Below are positions 1 to 11,952 of a stretch of 64,000 nucleotides of DNA, in pieces; positions within the stretch are counted from its first letter, which is position 1, and each line of letters begins with the position of its first letter. Position numbers and translations under genes: made by a program. The DNA lies in assembly GCA_964247055.1 (NCBI GenBank), contig OZ176052.1, forward strand, positions 10,726,001 to 10,790,000, given 5' to 3'. Below the pieces are notes generated by a model. The model made no database searches and was not told the origin of the DNA. It worked only from the letters and a program-made list of their open reading frames with translations. Source of the DNA: Paragordius varius. Taxonomy: Eukaryota; Animalia; Nematomorpha.

Positions 1-3000
1 TGTGAAGAACTCATAAAAACTCATGGATCATCCTATAAAATTTCAAAGAAGGATTCTACAACAATACCAATTAATAAGGAAAATTCCCCTAATTTAACAC
101 TACAAACCTTATTAGATAATTTGGAAGATAGTAAGGATGAACTGAGTGAAGTCATTGAACAATGCTTTTTTTGCATGTATGAAATAACGCACAAGAAATG
201 GAGAAATACCAAACATTTGGTGGAACATAAATCGCCTTTGGTAAGAATGTACTTTTACTTTTAAACTAAAAAAAAAGTTTTACTTGTTTTTTGCGGTTAT
301 ATTTTATGGAAAATACCTGACCTATAGTATTTTTCAACTTTTTACATTTATAATTAATATTTAAAGAATTTTACTAATATTTATATTTTTGATATAAATG
401 TTGTCAAATTTGCTTTTTTATATCGTGTTTTTGTGGTTTTATGTCTAATAATTCGGTTTTTTAATATTTTTCTTTACATAATCAATCTTTGCCTAAATAT
501 CAAAAAAAATTGTTTGGACTATGTATTCACAATTAATTTTTTATCTTTTATTTAATAAAATGTATAAAGAGAACAAAAATGGGTTAATTTACATTGGATT
601 TCATATTATTGCGTTCTTTGTCAATTAAAAAATATATTTACATATAGATTGAATTTACGTTGGATCAAGGTTGGTTACTGTTCAATTTTCTTAAACCCGT
701 TCAACTTCCAAAATTTGATTCCAAAACGCTGACAATCAATACAGAAATCAAAGATATATTCGAATTTATGCTAACAACCTATTATAATAAAAATAGGATA
801 AAACCAGATAATACTATCATTGCAAATGAATATAATACATTAGTGCATTACTTATCGCATGGCAGTTTATTTAATGGTATTTATTTTTTCTCAGATTTTA
901 GTTGCGCATTTCATTTCAAGAGCAATTTATAAACTTTTAAGACTAATTTTCTTATCAAATCTGTTTAATATGTTTTTTGATAATAACATTTTAGATCAAG
1001 AAAATATAATACCCAATTCGCAATCTATGACTGGGAATTTACCCTTTTTCAATATGTTTCAAAGCCATTTTATTCAACGACTCTTGCCTGTCATTAAACA
1101 TGTAATACATTTCATCCTTTATGGTACGCACATTTGTGAAAACAATGTGGAATGCCTTAAATTAATCAATAATAATGATGAAAATGAGAGAAATGTTAAT
1201 TCTAATTCATCCCTTATATCATCAAAAACACCGAATTTGCCGTCAAAACAAATTAATGAATATCAAGCTCATTCTTGGCTGTCTAAACATTTGGAATTCG
1301 ATAAAAGCCCAAAAAATTATATTGAACAAGAAACCAATGGTCAAAATATCAATAATCATGAATCATTAACGACGTTTGACACCATGGTTTTAAGGGAAAT
1401 ATTTTACCTATTGGCCGATTATTACTTTAAAAATATGTATACGACTAAAGCTTTGCGTTATTACATTGCAGATTTAGCATATAATACGGTGTTAGATGAT
1501 TTGGAAAAAGATAACACCAACACTATTATACCACAAAGATCTGTTAATTATTATTGTTTCCAAAGATCGGATACATGGGCCGGTATTGCATTAGTGAGGA
1601 GTAGCTCGTTTGAACAAACTCTCAGAACGGTATATATATATATATATATATATACATACACCATTTACAGTCATATTCACTCTTAAACAATTCGAATTCA
1701 CCCTTAAATAAATTATGCGTTTTTTAAGATTAAAGTAACCTATATTTTTATATTTTTAATAAGCTATGCTATAAGAATATATTGAGTTATATTAGCCCGA
1801 AAAGATATAATTTATTTTTAGGGTGAATTTGAATTGTTCAGGTGTGAATTTGAATTGTAAATGGTATATACTGCTTATAGTTTAGGGTTTATATATACCT
1901 TAGACCCCCCAGTATAACACCCCTCATCATGAGCTAATAAACTAATAGCTCATGCTGATTGATCACATGCGTATTTCCGAATTATAGACACAGTTTTTAT
2001 GTTAGAATCGTTTCAAGTTGATTATACCTTCCAACAAACCTAACATATTTTTTTAACAGTTATTTTCGAAAATTTAATTTAAATTTTTACAATAATAATA
2101 AAAAAGAGTCATAATGCGAATTGAAGCCATATCCATAATCGGAAACTCTGTTAGAGGGTCCACTCTATATAACTCTGTAAGCATTTTATTCTGTCTGTAA
2201 ATTAGGTCTCCATTCTTTATTAGGTTAACATTGATTTTGCTCAATTTCCCGCTAACGTACATTATCAAGGTATGTTGGCCTGTTTTGATCAGGCACTCCA
2301 ATATTCATCATTACCCGATAATAATCATGAAACAATCAATGATGTTATAGACCTTACCTCTTCAAATAATAAAAATAATTCTCCTACTAAAAAATGTAAC
2401 GTAACTACGGCTGCTTTAACATCGTTATGGGTTGAAAAGGGGGCCCTAGCCCATATGTTACATTCAACAGCATCGCGCAAACTTCAAAGAGTATAACAAA
2501 ACTTTTTTATATATTTTAATGTTAAAATTATTTTAAATTGATTTTTTTTATAATATTTGGGCGGACTTAATGAATATTTTAGGGGTGATTTATTTAGGAA
2601 AGGATATTTCTTTTGGTGTTTTTTATCTCAGATTAAATAAGGTTTTCTACTATTGAAATAAATATTAAAACATTGCAATTTTAATAAAAAAATCCATTTT
2701 TAATTTATTTACCCAAACTTACGAGGTTGGTTATGATTAAAGAAACATTTATTTATATTCACATATCCGATATTTTATTGTGTCTTTTAGGCGTTTCTTT
2801 ACAATATATCAATGGAAGAAACAATTGAATTGCGCAAGTTTATGTGGAACATGTTATCAATAGCTAAAGAATGTTACGTGTCCGCTTCGAAGTCCTCTGG
2901 TATTAAAACAAGATTGCCTTAAAAGCTAAAATTTTTATTTTATTTTTGGGTTTTTTTTAGCGTTGTAAACAAATTAAAAGATACGATAAAAATGGAAATT

Positions 3001-6000
3001 ATACTGACAAATTTTAAACTACTAAAAGACAATTATTTTTTTTATGGTTTTTCTTATATCGTTTAATGTTGCAAAATATAAAATAGAGATAAGTATTGTT
3101 GTCCTATAAAAAAATATTTTAGTTTTTACCTTTTGCATATATAATTTAATTTTCTGAATATGTTAATATAAATGGATAGAATATGATCCAGAAAAATGGT
3201 TATACTTTTACATGTTGGGAAAGATTGAAGAAAAATTTTTGCTCAAACAAATTCTCGGCTCTAATATAACCAACAAGGCCCAAATATTTATGATTAAGGG
3301 TATCCATATGGTTACTGACAATTATTTTCGATCAATGGAACATTTAGATACGGAAATTACAAATTACCCTAGAAAAATAAATTTTAACAATCCACCTAAT
3401 TATGCGTTGGAAGCCGTTGAAGTAATATGTGTTTTTCTACTTATAAAAATATAAGGTTTGAAATATGTGAATAGGCTCAAAAAGTTAAAGACTGTTTATA
3501 GTTTATAATCAATCCTTTATAAATTTTATAAAGACAATTACGGCGTTAAACACTCCGGGGTTTCTAAAATTATAGATTTGAGGGTCTTTAAGCTTCATAT
3601 TAAACAATCATATAGGATTTAGAATAAACATAAGGATATATATAACAATATGATTAACTTCATCAAACTAAATGATTTGCTTTACTATTTTGATTGCGAG
3701 TACGTATATTTTACGCTTATTTGTTAAATTTTACTGAGCATATAATTTTTTTTATTTACACCCATAGGTTTGGTATAGGATCCATGCATTTATCCTAAAA
3801 GTGTCTTACCTCATACAATCAAACTGTTTAGATGGGAATTCAAATAACACAATTTTAAAACTGTTGGATGGATTGTTAGATCGTGCCTGGTCTCTACCCT
3901 TTGCTACATCAATACATAAATTAACCTCCTTATCTGATGATACGACAAAAAAATATTTAGGTTTTTTTTCATTTATATCTTTTCTCGTTTGTTAAAGGGA
4001 TTTTTTATTGAAAGAACGGGGGAACCGTTTTTGAATGTAATTCATATTTTTGTTTTTGGTTGCGGTTTCAAAAGATTTTTAAGCGTAATAAAATGGATTC
4101 CATAATTTATTTTGAGTTTTTTGAAAATTAACGGCCAGCCTGATTACGTTCAACACTCAAACAGTAAAAATTAGACAAAATGTATTTATAAAGAGAACCA
4201 TACTTTTTAAAGCTTTAGTTTTCATAACTAAACTTGTGAATACCATTTTGAATCTATAATTAAGTGTGTTAACAATTTAAATATATAATCTCCATTTTAC
4301 AATGCAAAATTATTTTCAAAAAAATTGTCTTTTAACTTTTACATTTGTCTGTCTAATTTCAATTTTTACTGAACTAACTCTTTATTATATGAAAGTTTCT
4401 CTGTATTTAAAATATATTTATGTCAAATAAAATAGGACACATTATTGTAAAATTAGTTAACCAATGATTAAAAAATATTTTAGATCTGTTTTTAACTGCT
4501 TTTACGGTTTTAAAAATGTAACTATTTTATACATTAAATATTATTTTTGTTTGATAATACGTAGCAAAATTAAAAAAAATAAAAATACAAAATTTTTTTA
4601 TAAGTCCCATATTTTTTAATCCTTAATTTTTTCTATATTACCTATATGGTTAAAACATAAAATTAAATTTCGTTTCGTAACCTAATTATATGTATAAAAT
4701 ATCAGTGTTTGAAATATTTTCTCTATAAAATAATTATTTATGTTTTCTTACCGTATTATCGAATAACAAAAATCAATTTTTATGCTTTGCTTAATAATTT
4801 TTTAATAGTTGAACCGACTCTTGAAATTATCTGGAATAAATGTGTCCGTGGTTTAGTTGCTTGTCTCCACAAATGTCCTCAACACTATAAATCAATCAAA
4901 CAAATGGCCATTTTTTATTGCAAAATAGCCATCGTCAAGGCAACTAGCAAGGACACTATTTACCAGGTTTTTTGATACAAAATAATTTTAAAAAGTTTTT
5001 GTTTTTTAAATTAAAAAATTACTTAAAAATTATTTTTATATGGAAATTAAAATTAAATATTTGATTTGTCATTTATGGAGTGGGACTTTTTTTATAATTG
5101 AATATTATTTAAATGTATGTTCTTAGATGGCAATATTTGTGAAAAATCTATTAACATCTCCTGTAATACGCTTCTCCATACCAATTTTATTTAATGAATT
5201 AAACAGTTCCATGTCATATATACCATCTGAGTACGAATTTAATAAAGACACAATAGTCTGTCAATTAATTCAATACAAATCTAACAAAAGTGGAGATTAT
5301 TTGTATTTGTCACCGAAAACACCAGTATACACAAATTATTTCGATCCAGTCTTAAATGATACTTTTTTCTTGGGAGTAAATAAAAATGATGGGAGAAATA
5401 CATATACGCAAAATAATTTGCCATCTACACCAAATAGTTTAAATTTTATGACCAGAGACCATAGTATATTGACAAATAGCACCATAGAATTTGAAAGTCC
5501 TGGCTTGTTTGGTCCTCGAAAATGGAATGAATTTTCTACACAAACATCATTTACTGGCACATCGCTACAGAAAAAACGATTGAGGGGAGATAAAGATAAG
5601 AGTTTTAACAAACCCATTTCAGAAATAGAACAATTATACAAAATACCCTTGTTTGCTAATGTATGGCGCATTCCAATAGAGGAAGTTGAAAGACCTGGAG
5701 CTTTTAGTGGTCATGTTTTCACGCTTGTTCAAACACTTTTACAATTGGCTCAATTAACGACAGATGAAACCATACTTCAACGCATCTGTAATCAACTCAA
5801 AAAACCAGCTGATCGTGAAAAGTATTTGATGTTTTTTATACGAATAAAATTACGGATGATTTATGATATTCGTTTCTTATAGTTATTAACATATATATAG
5901 GACTAGATGTTTGAATCACCAAAGTTGGATTTTCAGTAAAGTTATTTTAGAGGTACTCTGTTCTCATAATATGTTTTTAGTTAAAATTTTTATATACAGT

Positions 6001-7198
6001 TTGTCCGATATTTATCAAATTTTTTTCGATAGTTGAGCCATCAAAAGTTATTTCAAATATTCTATATTTCTATAAATCAAAAAACATTCCTTTAATATAT
6101 TGAAACTAACATTTTTATAATGATTTGATTAATAAAGTTGATAAAAAATAAATTTCAATTAGCCATTATTTGGTAAATATAATTTTTTACGACCAAAACA
6201 TTTATAGTTAAAACTGTTTTACAATCCGTATAAATATTCAAAAAGTTCAATCTTACAAGATAAATTGTAAAAATCACACTGTGTAACATCAAGTTGATAG
6301 TATTAGTTTTGGCAAACTTGTAAATTGCTTCAAAAGTATGGAAATTATCAACGATTTGAATTTAAAGATTCATATATAGAATTAGCATTTTTAATTTGTT
6401 GGCATTGGCCCAACAATGCTCTCCTTATAGATTTTTGATATATAAGCGCTGTTTTATTCCCCTTTTAACCTTCATAAGCCATTTTAATTTTTTGATTGGT
6501 AACTTTTGCCTTTTAAAATTCATAGGATTTAATTAAAGATCCGCTACATTTATTCATATTTTTCACCTAATGTGTGGCGGCGATTTTCATGTTTGGCTAT
6601 ATATGTAGAAAAGGTATGCGCCTTCATGCTTTTCTATTTTAGCACACAATGATTTTTTGTAGATAAAAGAACCATAAGCCAGTCGTTATTTCATACTTTA
6701 GGAATCACACATAAATATTGAATGTGCCAGATTTTTTTTTCATAAAGTCTGAAGTTACTATTTATTGAAACATTTTCCACGAATTAGAAAGGAAAATAAG
6801 AATTGGCGCTGTTTCTAATACTGGTTGAAATGACCAAACAGTTTTAATGCAACATCAATTAACTAACATATTACCAAAATCTTTAAAGTGAATACCATAT
6901 ATATATTACACCTTATTAAAAATAAACACCAAATAATTTTTAAATAAAAAAAGACAGCCGACAGACGATATGTGAACATCTCTCCTCAATAGTAATCGTA
7001 TATTAGTTTCGGTTAGCCTTCTTTATCAATGCGACATTATCTGATATAAGTTTTTTATATAAAAATATCTATTTTATTAGACGTTACATTTATGAAAGTG
7101 AACGGATATATCTGTACACCTTATGCATGCAAAGTTTGGATACTCTTCGCAACATTTTACAAAAGCCATATCTTTCATCAACTACACCTGCAAACTAA
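1..7198 (+). CDS. CABIN1: Calcineurin-binding protein cabin-1 (HIRA complex subunit), 3' part; the 5' end lies upstream of the window
   Basis: Phase-consistent GT-AG exons: <1-240, 648-876 (or 864), 902-1629, 2224-2490, 2791-2899, 3180-3421, 3768-3960, 4809-4966, 5127-5821, 7081-7198. CABIN1-like motifs occur in order: YLLADYYFKN..KALRYY..D.WAGIAL, LWVEKGALAHMLHSTASR, EKWLYFYMLGKIEEK, YPRKINFNNPP, CPQHYKS, WRIPIEEVERPGAFSGH, K-RYIYESER. A possible alternative last exon lies at 7684-7718. Confidence 0.88.
1661..1864. mobile_element. MITE of the CCATTT-ended, 21-bp-unit family (copy 1)
   Basis: Ends CCATTTAC...GTAAATGG, subterminal tcaaattcac(a/t)c(c/t)tgaacaat units, inserted beside a (TA)n tract in a CABIN1 intron. 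It shares the internal ttagcccgaaaa motif with copies at 31979, 58123 and 62872. Confidence 0.8.
6380..6720 (-). pseudogene. Possible heavily decayed non-LTR reverse transcriptase fragment in the last CABIN1 intron
   Basis: Minus-strand frames give remnants in RT order (IEK..E..YLFY.., KAKV, MKVKRGIKQ resembling V.RG.KQG), interrupted by stops and frameshifts. Weak. Confidence 0.35.
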
Positions 7199-8344
7199 TA
7201 TATATTTTTTTCTTTTTTTAGTATGAGACTGTGCTACTATTTCAAAAATTTGTTTTAATGTGTAAATTATTTTGTTACCAGAAAAAAATGTTTAAAATAT
7301 TTTTTATGGTCCATATACAAAAAATATTATGGTGATGTGATAATTGTTACCTGTAGATTTATATATAGAATTGTAGTTTATTTCAAAATAAATTATTTAT
7401 ACTACGCTTGCCATTATTCTTGGAAAAAGGCGCAATATAATTTTAAGAAAGATTTGCAAAGTTTTCCCTCAACAGTTTTTTTGGTAAACGATACAGTAAC
7501 GGTCATCATATATATATTGTTTGGCACAATGAACTTTTGATATAATTAGAAACACACAAAAAAACTTTTTTTTTCAAATATTCAAAACACACATCTTTGT
7601 AGGTTATTCAAATATAAAATATAATTTGTGCCAAAAGCAATTATAATACGTAAATTAACCATTTTTTATTCCAAATTTTTCAGGTAAAATCGCTTCGGGT
7701 GATTCGGAAAACGAGTAAATGTAATTAATTTATGAAATATTGCCTCAGAATATGGATTAATGCGTATTCTCGTCTATGGGAATTTGTAAAAATTTTATTT
7801 ATTTCACTAAAGATGTTGAAATATATATATCCTGTTTAAAACGAATAAAAATTATATTTTTTTATTACCTACCTTATACATTAAATATTAGCGTACCCAC
7901 ATTTTTTTGATATAATAAAACCCAAAAATTATTGATTTATTGTTTGTTTTAATAATAAAGAAATAGTGTTTATTTATTTAACCCACCGCCGTTTTTATTT
8001 CTTTAATTATAAAAGATAATATATAAATTATGTATTTAGTTTAATGTAATATTTTTTAACGCATTCTATGAACTTTATTTTATGATAATTAATGACACAC
8101 AGACACATAACAATTTATTATTTATGTGTTATATAAACTAAGTTTAAAAGAATAATTTTTTATGTGAGATTTTTTTGGAAGCGCCCCTTTTCTCTTATCA
8201 TCACATCTTATTGTCAAATGTGATTTTTTTAAAAAAAATAGTTATATATAAAAAATTTGACGCGTTCCTATAAAAACCTTGCGTTGTCGCAAAAACTTTA
8301 TAATTGCCTTTTTTAATATTTTAAACATATATTTTTTCGCTTGA

Positions 8345-9859
8345 ATGATGCAAAAATCAAACTACGTTTTTCCCAACACATTTATTTTCTGCGGATTTTT
8401 TATACTTGCAATATGTTCCTTAAACCTTTTTGATTCAGTTAATGCAGATATATCAGAATTTTCAGATATCATTGATTGTTGTTGTACCTTACCACTTAAG
8501 GTATTCTTTCAATTGATTTTCTTTTATTATTTTATTTTTTTTCATTTATTTTTTAGGTTTCGTATGATGGTGAGCCTTTGACTAAAACCCAAAATTTAAT
8601 ATTAATTCCTTCACAAGTAAATTTAGGAAATACTTTCAAAAATAAAAAAATATAATTTAATATAATCTTTCATAATTTATCATTTAGGCTTCCACTGCTC
8701 CTCAATTAACATTTAATCCTGAGTCCGATTCCCAATACACTATAATTATGATTGGTAAAATATTAACTTTTTATATACAAATAACTTACGACAAAAGAGA
8801 AAAATAATTTATTAAAGAAGATGGTTTTTTATGATTTTTATCCTATTAAAAATGTTTTCAAATCCCGCCGTGTTCAAGAGAAAAAGTTTTGATATACAAC
8901 TAAAATTTTTTAAATTATTTTAGATCCTGATGCACCAAGTCGAGATGATCCAAAATATCGTTCTTGGTTGCATTGGTTATGCGTTAATGCTCCAGGAAAT
9001 AATACACAATCTGCACAAACGGTTGCATCTTATAAGGGTCCTAGTCCACCCATGGATACAGGTTTTTGGGATTTAATTTTGTTCTAACACAAAATTGTTG
9101 AAATAATTATTCGCAGGGATATAGTTTAATAGATTTGTTATTTGTATTATATATTTTTGGTTATATTCATGAGATCTTGTTTAAATTATTAAAGGCTTTT
9201 AAATTTTATAATGTATATTTCCTTTTATAGGCTATCATCGATATATTTTCCTGGTGTACAAACAAGCTCACAATATAGATGCTTCTACGTTATCAAAGTA
9301 ATAATTTAATTTCTTGATCTTAAAAATATCTTGCTATTTGTTTTTTTAGCCAAAATTGTTTAAAATCACAAAAAGTACATATATTTATAACATAACAACA
9401 AACTGCTTATTAATTCAATAAATATCATAAATTCAATAAATCACATAAGATAAATTAGTAATGGGGTGCTTTTATAATGATTAATCATGGAAACGTAGAA
9501 ATTAAGTGAGATTTTATAATTTTGTCATTAACACATATTTAATAATAAAAAACGAGTGTCTGTAGATGTTACCTTAATGTTAATATATGATATAATCATT
9601 AACTCACAATAGGTATTACATTTATATATAGACAAAGAATACAATTTAAAAAGGTTGGTATGTCGGTCTATTTAACCAAATTATAGGAAAAAGTTCAAAT
9701 TATATTTCATTTTATAAAGTTTTTTATATTTATTCCTTACATTTTAGTTTGGAAACTGAACGAAGGTCCTTTAACATCAAAGATTTTGTTACAAAACATG
9801 AACTTGGCGATGCAAAATATTGCTTCAATTTCAAAGCGCAAAATCAAAAGAATGATTAA
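8345..9859 (+). CDS. PEBP: Phosphatidylethanolamine-binding protein (PEBP/RKIP family) with a hydrophobic N-terminal leader
   Basis: Exons 8345-8500, 8557-8616, 8688-8754, 8924-9061, 9231-9297, 9748-9859 are all phase-consistent. Motifs: [53 protein letters not shown]. Confidence 0.93.
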
Positions 9860-10184
9860 CACCAAAATTGAAAACAACCTATTTTCTTTTATAACAAGCA
9901 TTATTCTTACTAATCAAAAATAAATTATTTTTATACTTTTTATGTGTAATGCTTTCATAAATAAATGTTTAACTAAATCGTCAAGGATATGCGTTTATAA
10001 AAAACTAGGGATGATGGCCTTATAAATTATAAATGCATTAACGAGTTTAAAATTGTGGAGAAAAAATACAGAGTTCAATTAACTGTGTAACAACCACTGA
10101 AATGAAAAATCTCATCCAACACACATGTAAATTGAATACCCTTTTAGCCAATTAAAATACAGAAATGACCAATATAGCTCTCTC

Positions 10185-10751
10185 ACACACTCATTTTAGT
10201 CCTTCGATTCAAATTGGGGTAGTTATATACCCCAGGCCTGTTAAAAATCGAATTCTTTAAAAAGTATGGAAGGAATCAAAACCATGGCAAAATTTTGCAC
10301 TTTTATAATATTAATAAACCGAAATATAAAAAAATTTAATTCAAAGATACTTGATATTACTTATTTTAGGTTAAAACCAAAAGGTAAAAATTTCGTCACG
10401 TGACATGTGTCAAATTGTAAAATTAAAAAATAATTCAAAATAAACCGCTTTTTTTTATTCTATCAATGTTAAAGGTAATTTATATAAAAAATTAGCTTTA
10501 GTTTTACCCTTAAAATTATATGAAGACGATATTTTGCAGAAATTTTGTAAAATAAAAATGGCGTCGAAGTAGTTTGAGATGGATTTTTTTTTCAAAACAA
10601 AATTTTATCAAGCTATTTTGGCATATTTATAGAATTCTTATCAGAATAGAAGCATAAATTTAAATTGAGACCGTTTTCTTCAATAGTTTTTTAAAAATAT
10701 TAATTTAAATTTAGTCTGGGGTATTTAGATACCCCAATTTGAATCGAAGTG
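10185..10751 (+). mobile_element. piggyBac-type MITE (copy with a damaged left tip)
   Basis: Closely similar to 29486-30050. The right end ccccaatttgaatcgaagtg is followed by TTAA; the leftmost ~10 bp differ from the intact copies. Confidence 0.8.
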
Positions 10752-11952
10752 TTAAACGAGCAAGTCAATACAAGTGGTATTCCAAATACAGGTTTTTCAT
10801 TAAATTTTAGAACTAATATACAATAATGATTCAAATATACCAGGCCCAGTATACGATACTACAAAATAAATTTTATTAACGAAGACTCTGCAGAAAATGT
10901 TATTGACAAAGAAATGGACAATATACAATAAATAAATATCAATTTATTGGATATATTAGTTAAAAATTATATGTATTAAATTAAATAGAATATAAAACTT
11001 TAGGAATATAGAATTAAAATATATTGCTAAGAGCCAAAGAGTATTAAAAATATTAAAAATCGAAAAGGGCTAATGTATGGTGTGTGGGTATATCCCGGTG
11101 GCTTTCATAAGCCCTGCAAAAATCCCTCAAGCAATCCCATAATCATGCCAGGTACGGCAAAGGTACACAATAATGAGGTGATTAAAGCCCGGTAGGAGAG
11201 AGGTTCAATATAAAGTAGTAACTTCAGCAAAATCTAAAATTGACATGTTAAATTAACCAATTCACAGAATAGAGTTAGACAGATTTGACCATGTTATCGG
11301 ATAAGAAGATTGGATAAGTTCAAATGATTGCAGTTTATAAAATTATAATGGTAGAATCCAAATTAAAGTGGCTGCCAAACATCCATCTGAAATTCAAAAA
11401 AAATGCAGCCAATCATATTAAAGATAAAAATATCCACTTGTATAAGTAAGAATTTTTTGTAAGAATCAACCGGAGAAGTAGTAGAAAAAACAAAATTTAA
11501 CAAAATAAATATAGCCCTGAAAGCCGAAGGTTTAAACCATAACATGCCTCTTTTAGTATTTTTTTAATATAAATTTATACGTGTTTAAAATTAACTTTAA
11601 AAAAAGACTAAATTTTGACGTTTATATCCGTACTATTTTTTTCTCCCTGAAATTTAAATGACATATTTATATTTAAAAGATAGAGTTTAAAACGCTTTAT
11701 TAAATGATATTAATTTTATAGTAACTATTTATTATAAAATTATATATAATTTTCTCTCGATTTTCTCTTGTTTTCGAAAAATTGAAAAACCTATAATATC
11801 TCAAAATGATTGGGGAAATCAAAATTTTTTTCAGATTCAGTTTTATTAGAACACTAGAATTAGTCATAATTTAAAATTTTGAGTGGTGGTGCTCAAAAAT
11901 GTCCAAATTTGTCGACTAGTGTTATATAAAATAATGATTTAATTATGACAAA

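Noticed and set aside
1928-1955. Small perfect hairpin catgagcta...tagctcatg; similar small hairpins near 7686-7702 and 17762-17793
   Set aside because: Stems of 5-9 bp with no box motifs, no Helitron CTRR end and no repetition; cannot be assigned.
11050-11550. GC-richer stretch with a faint resemblance to a Ty3/gypsy gag N-terminus (LDRFDHVIG*EDW)
   Set aside because: Only a few residues match, there are many stops, and no paired LTRs or pol motifs are present.
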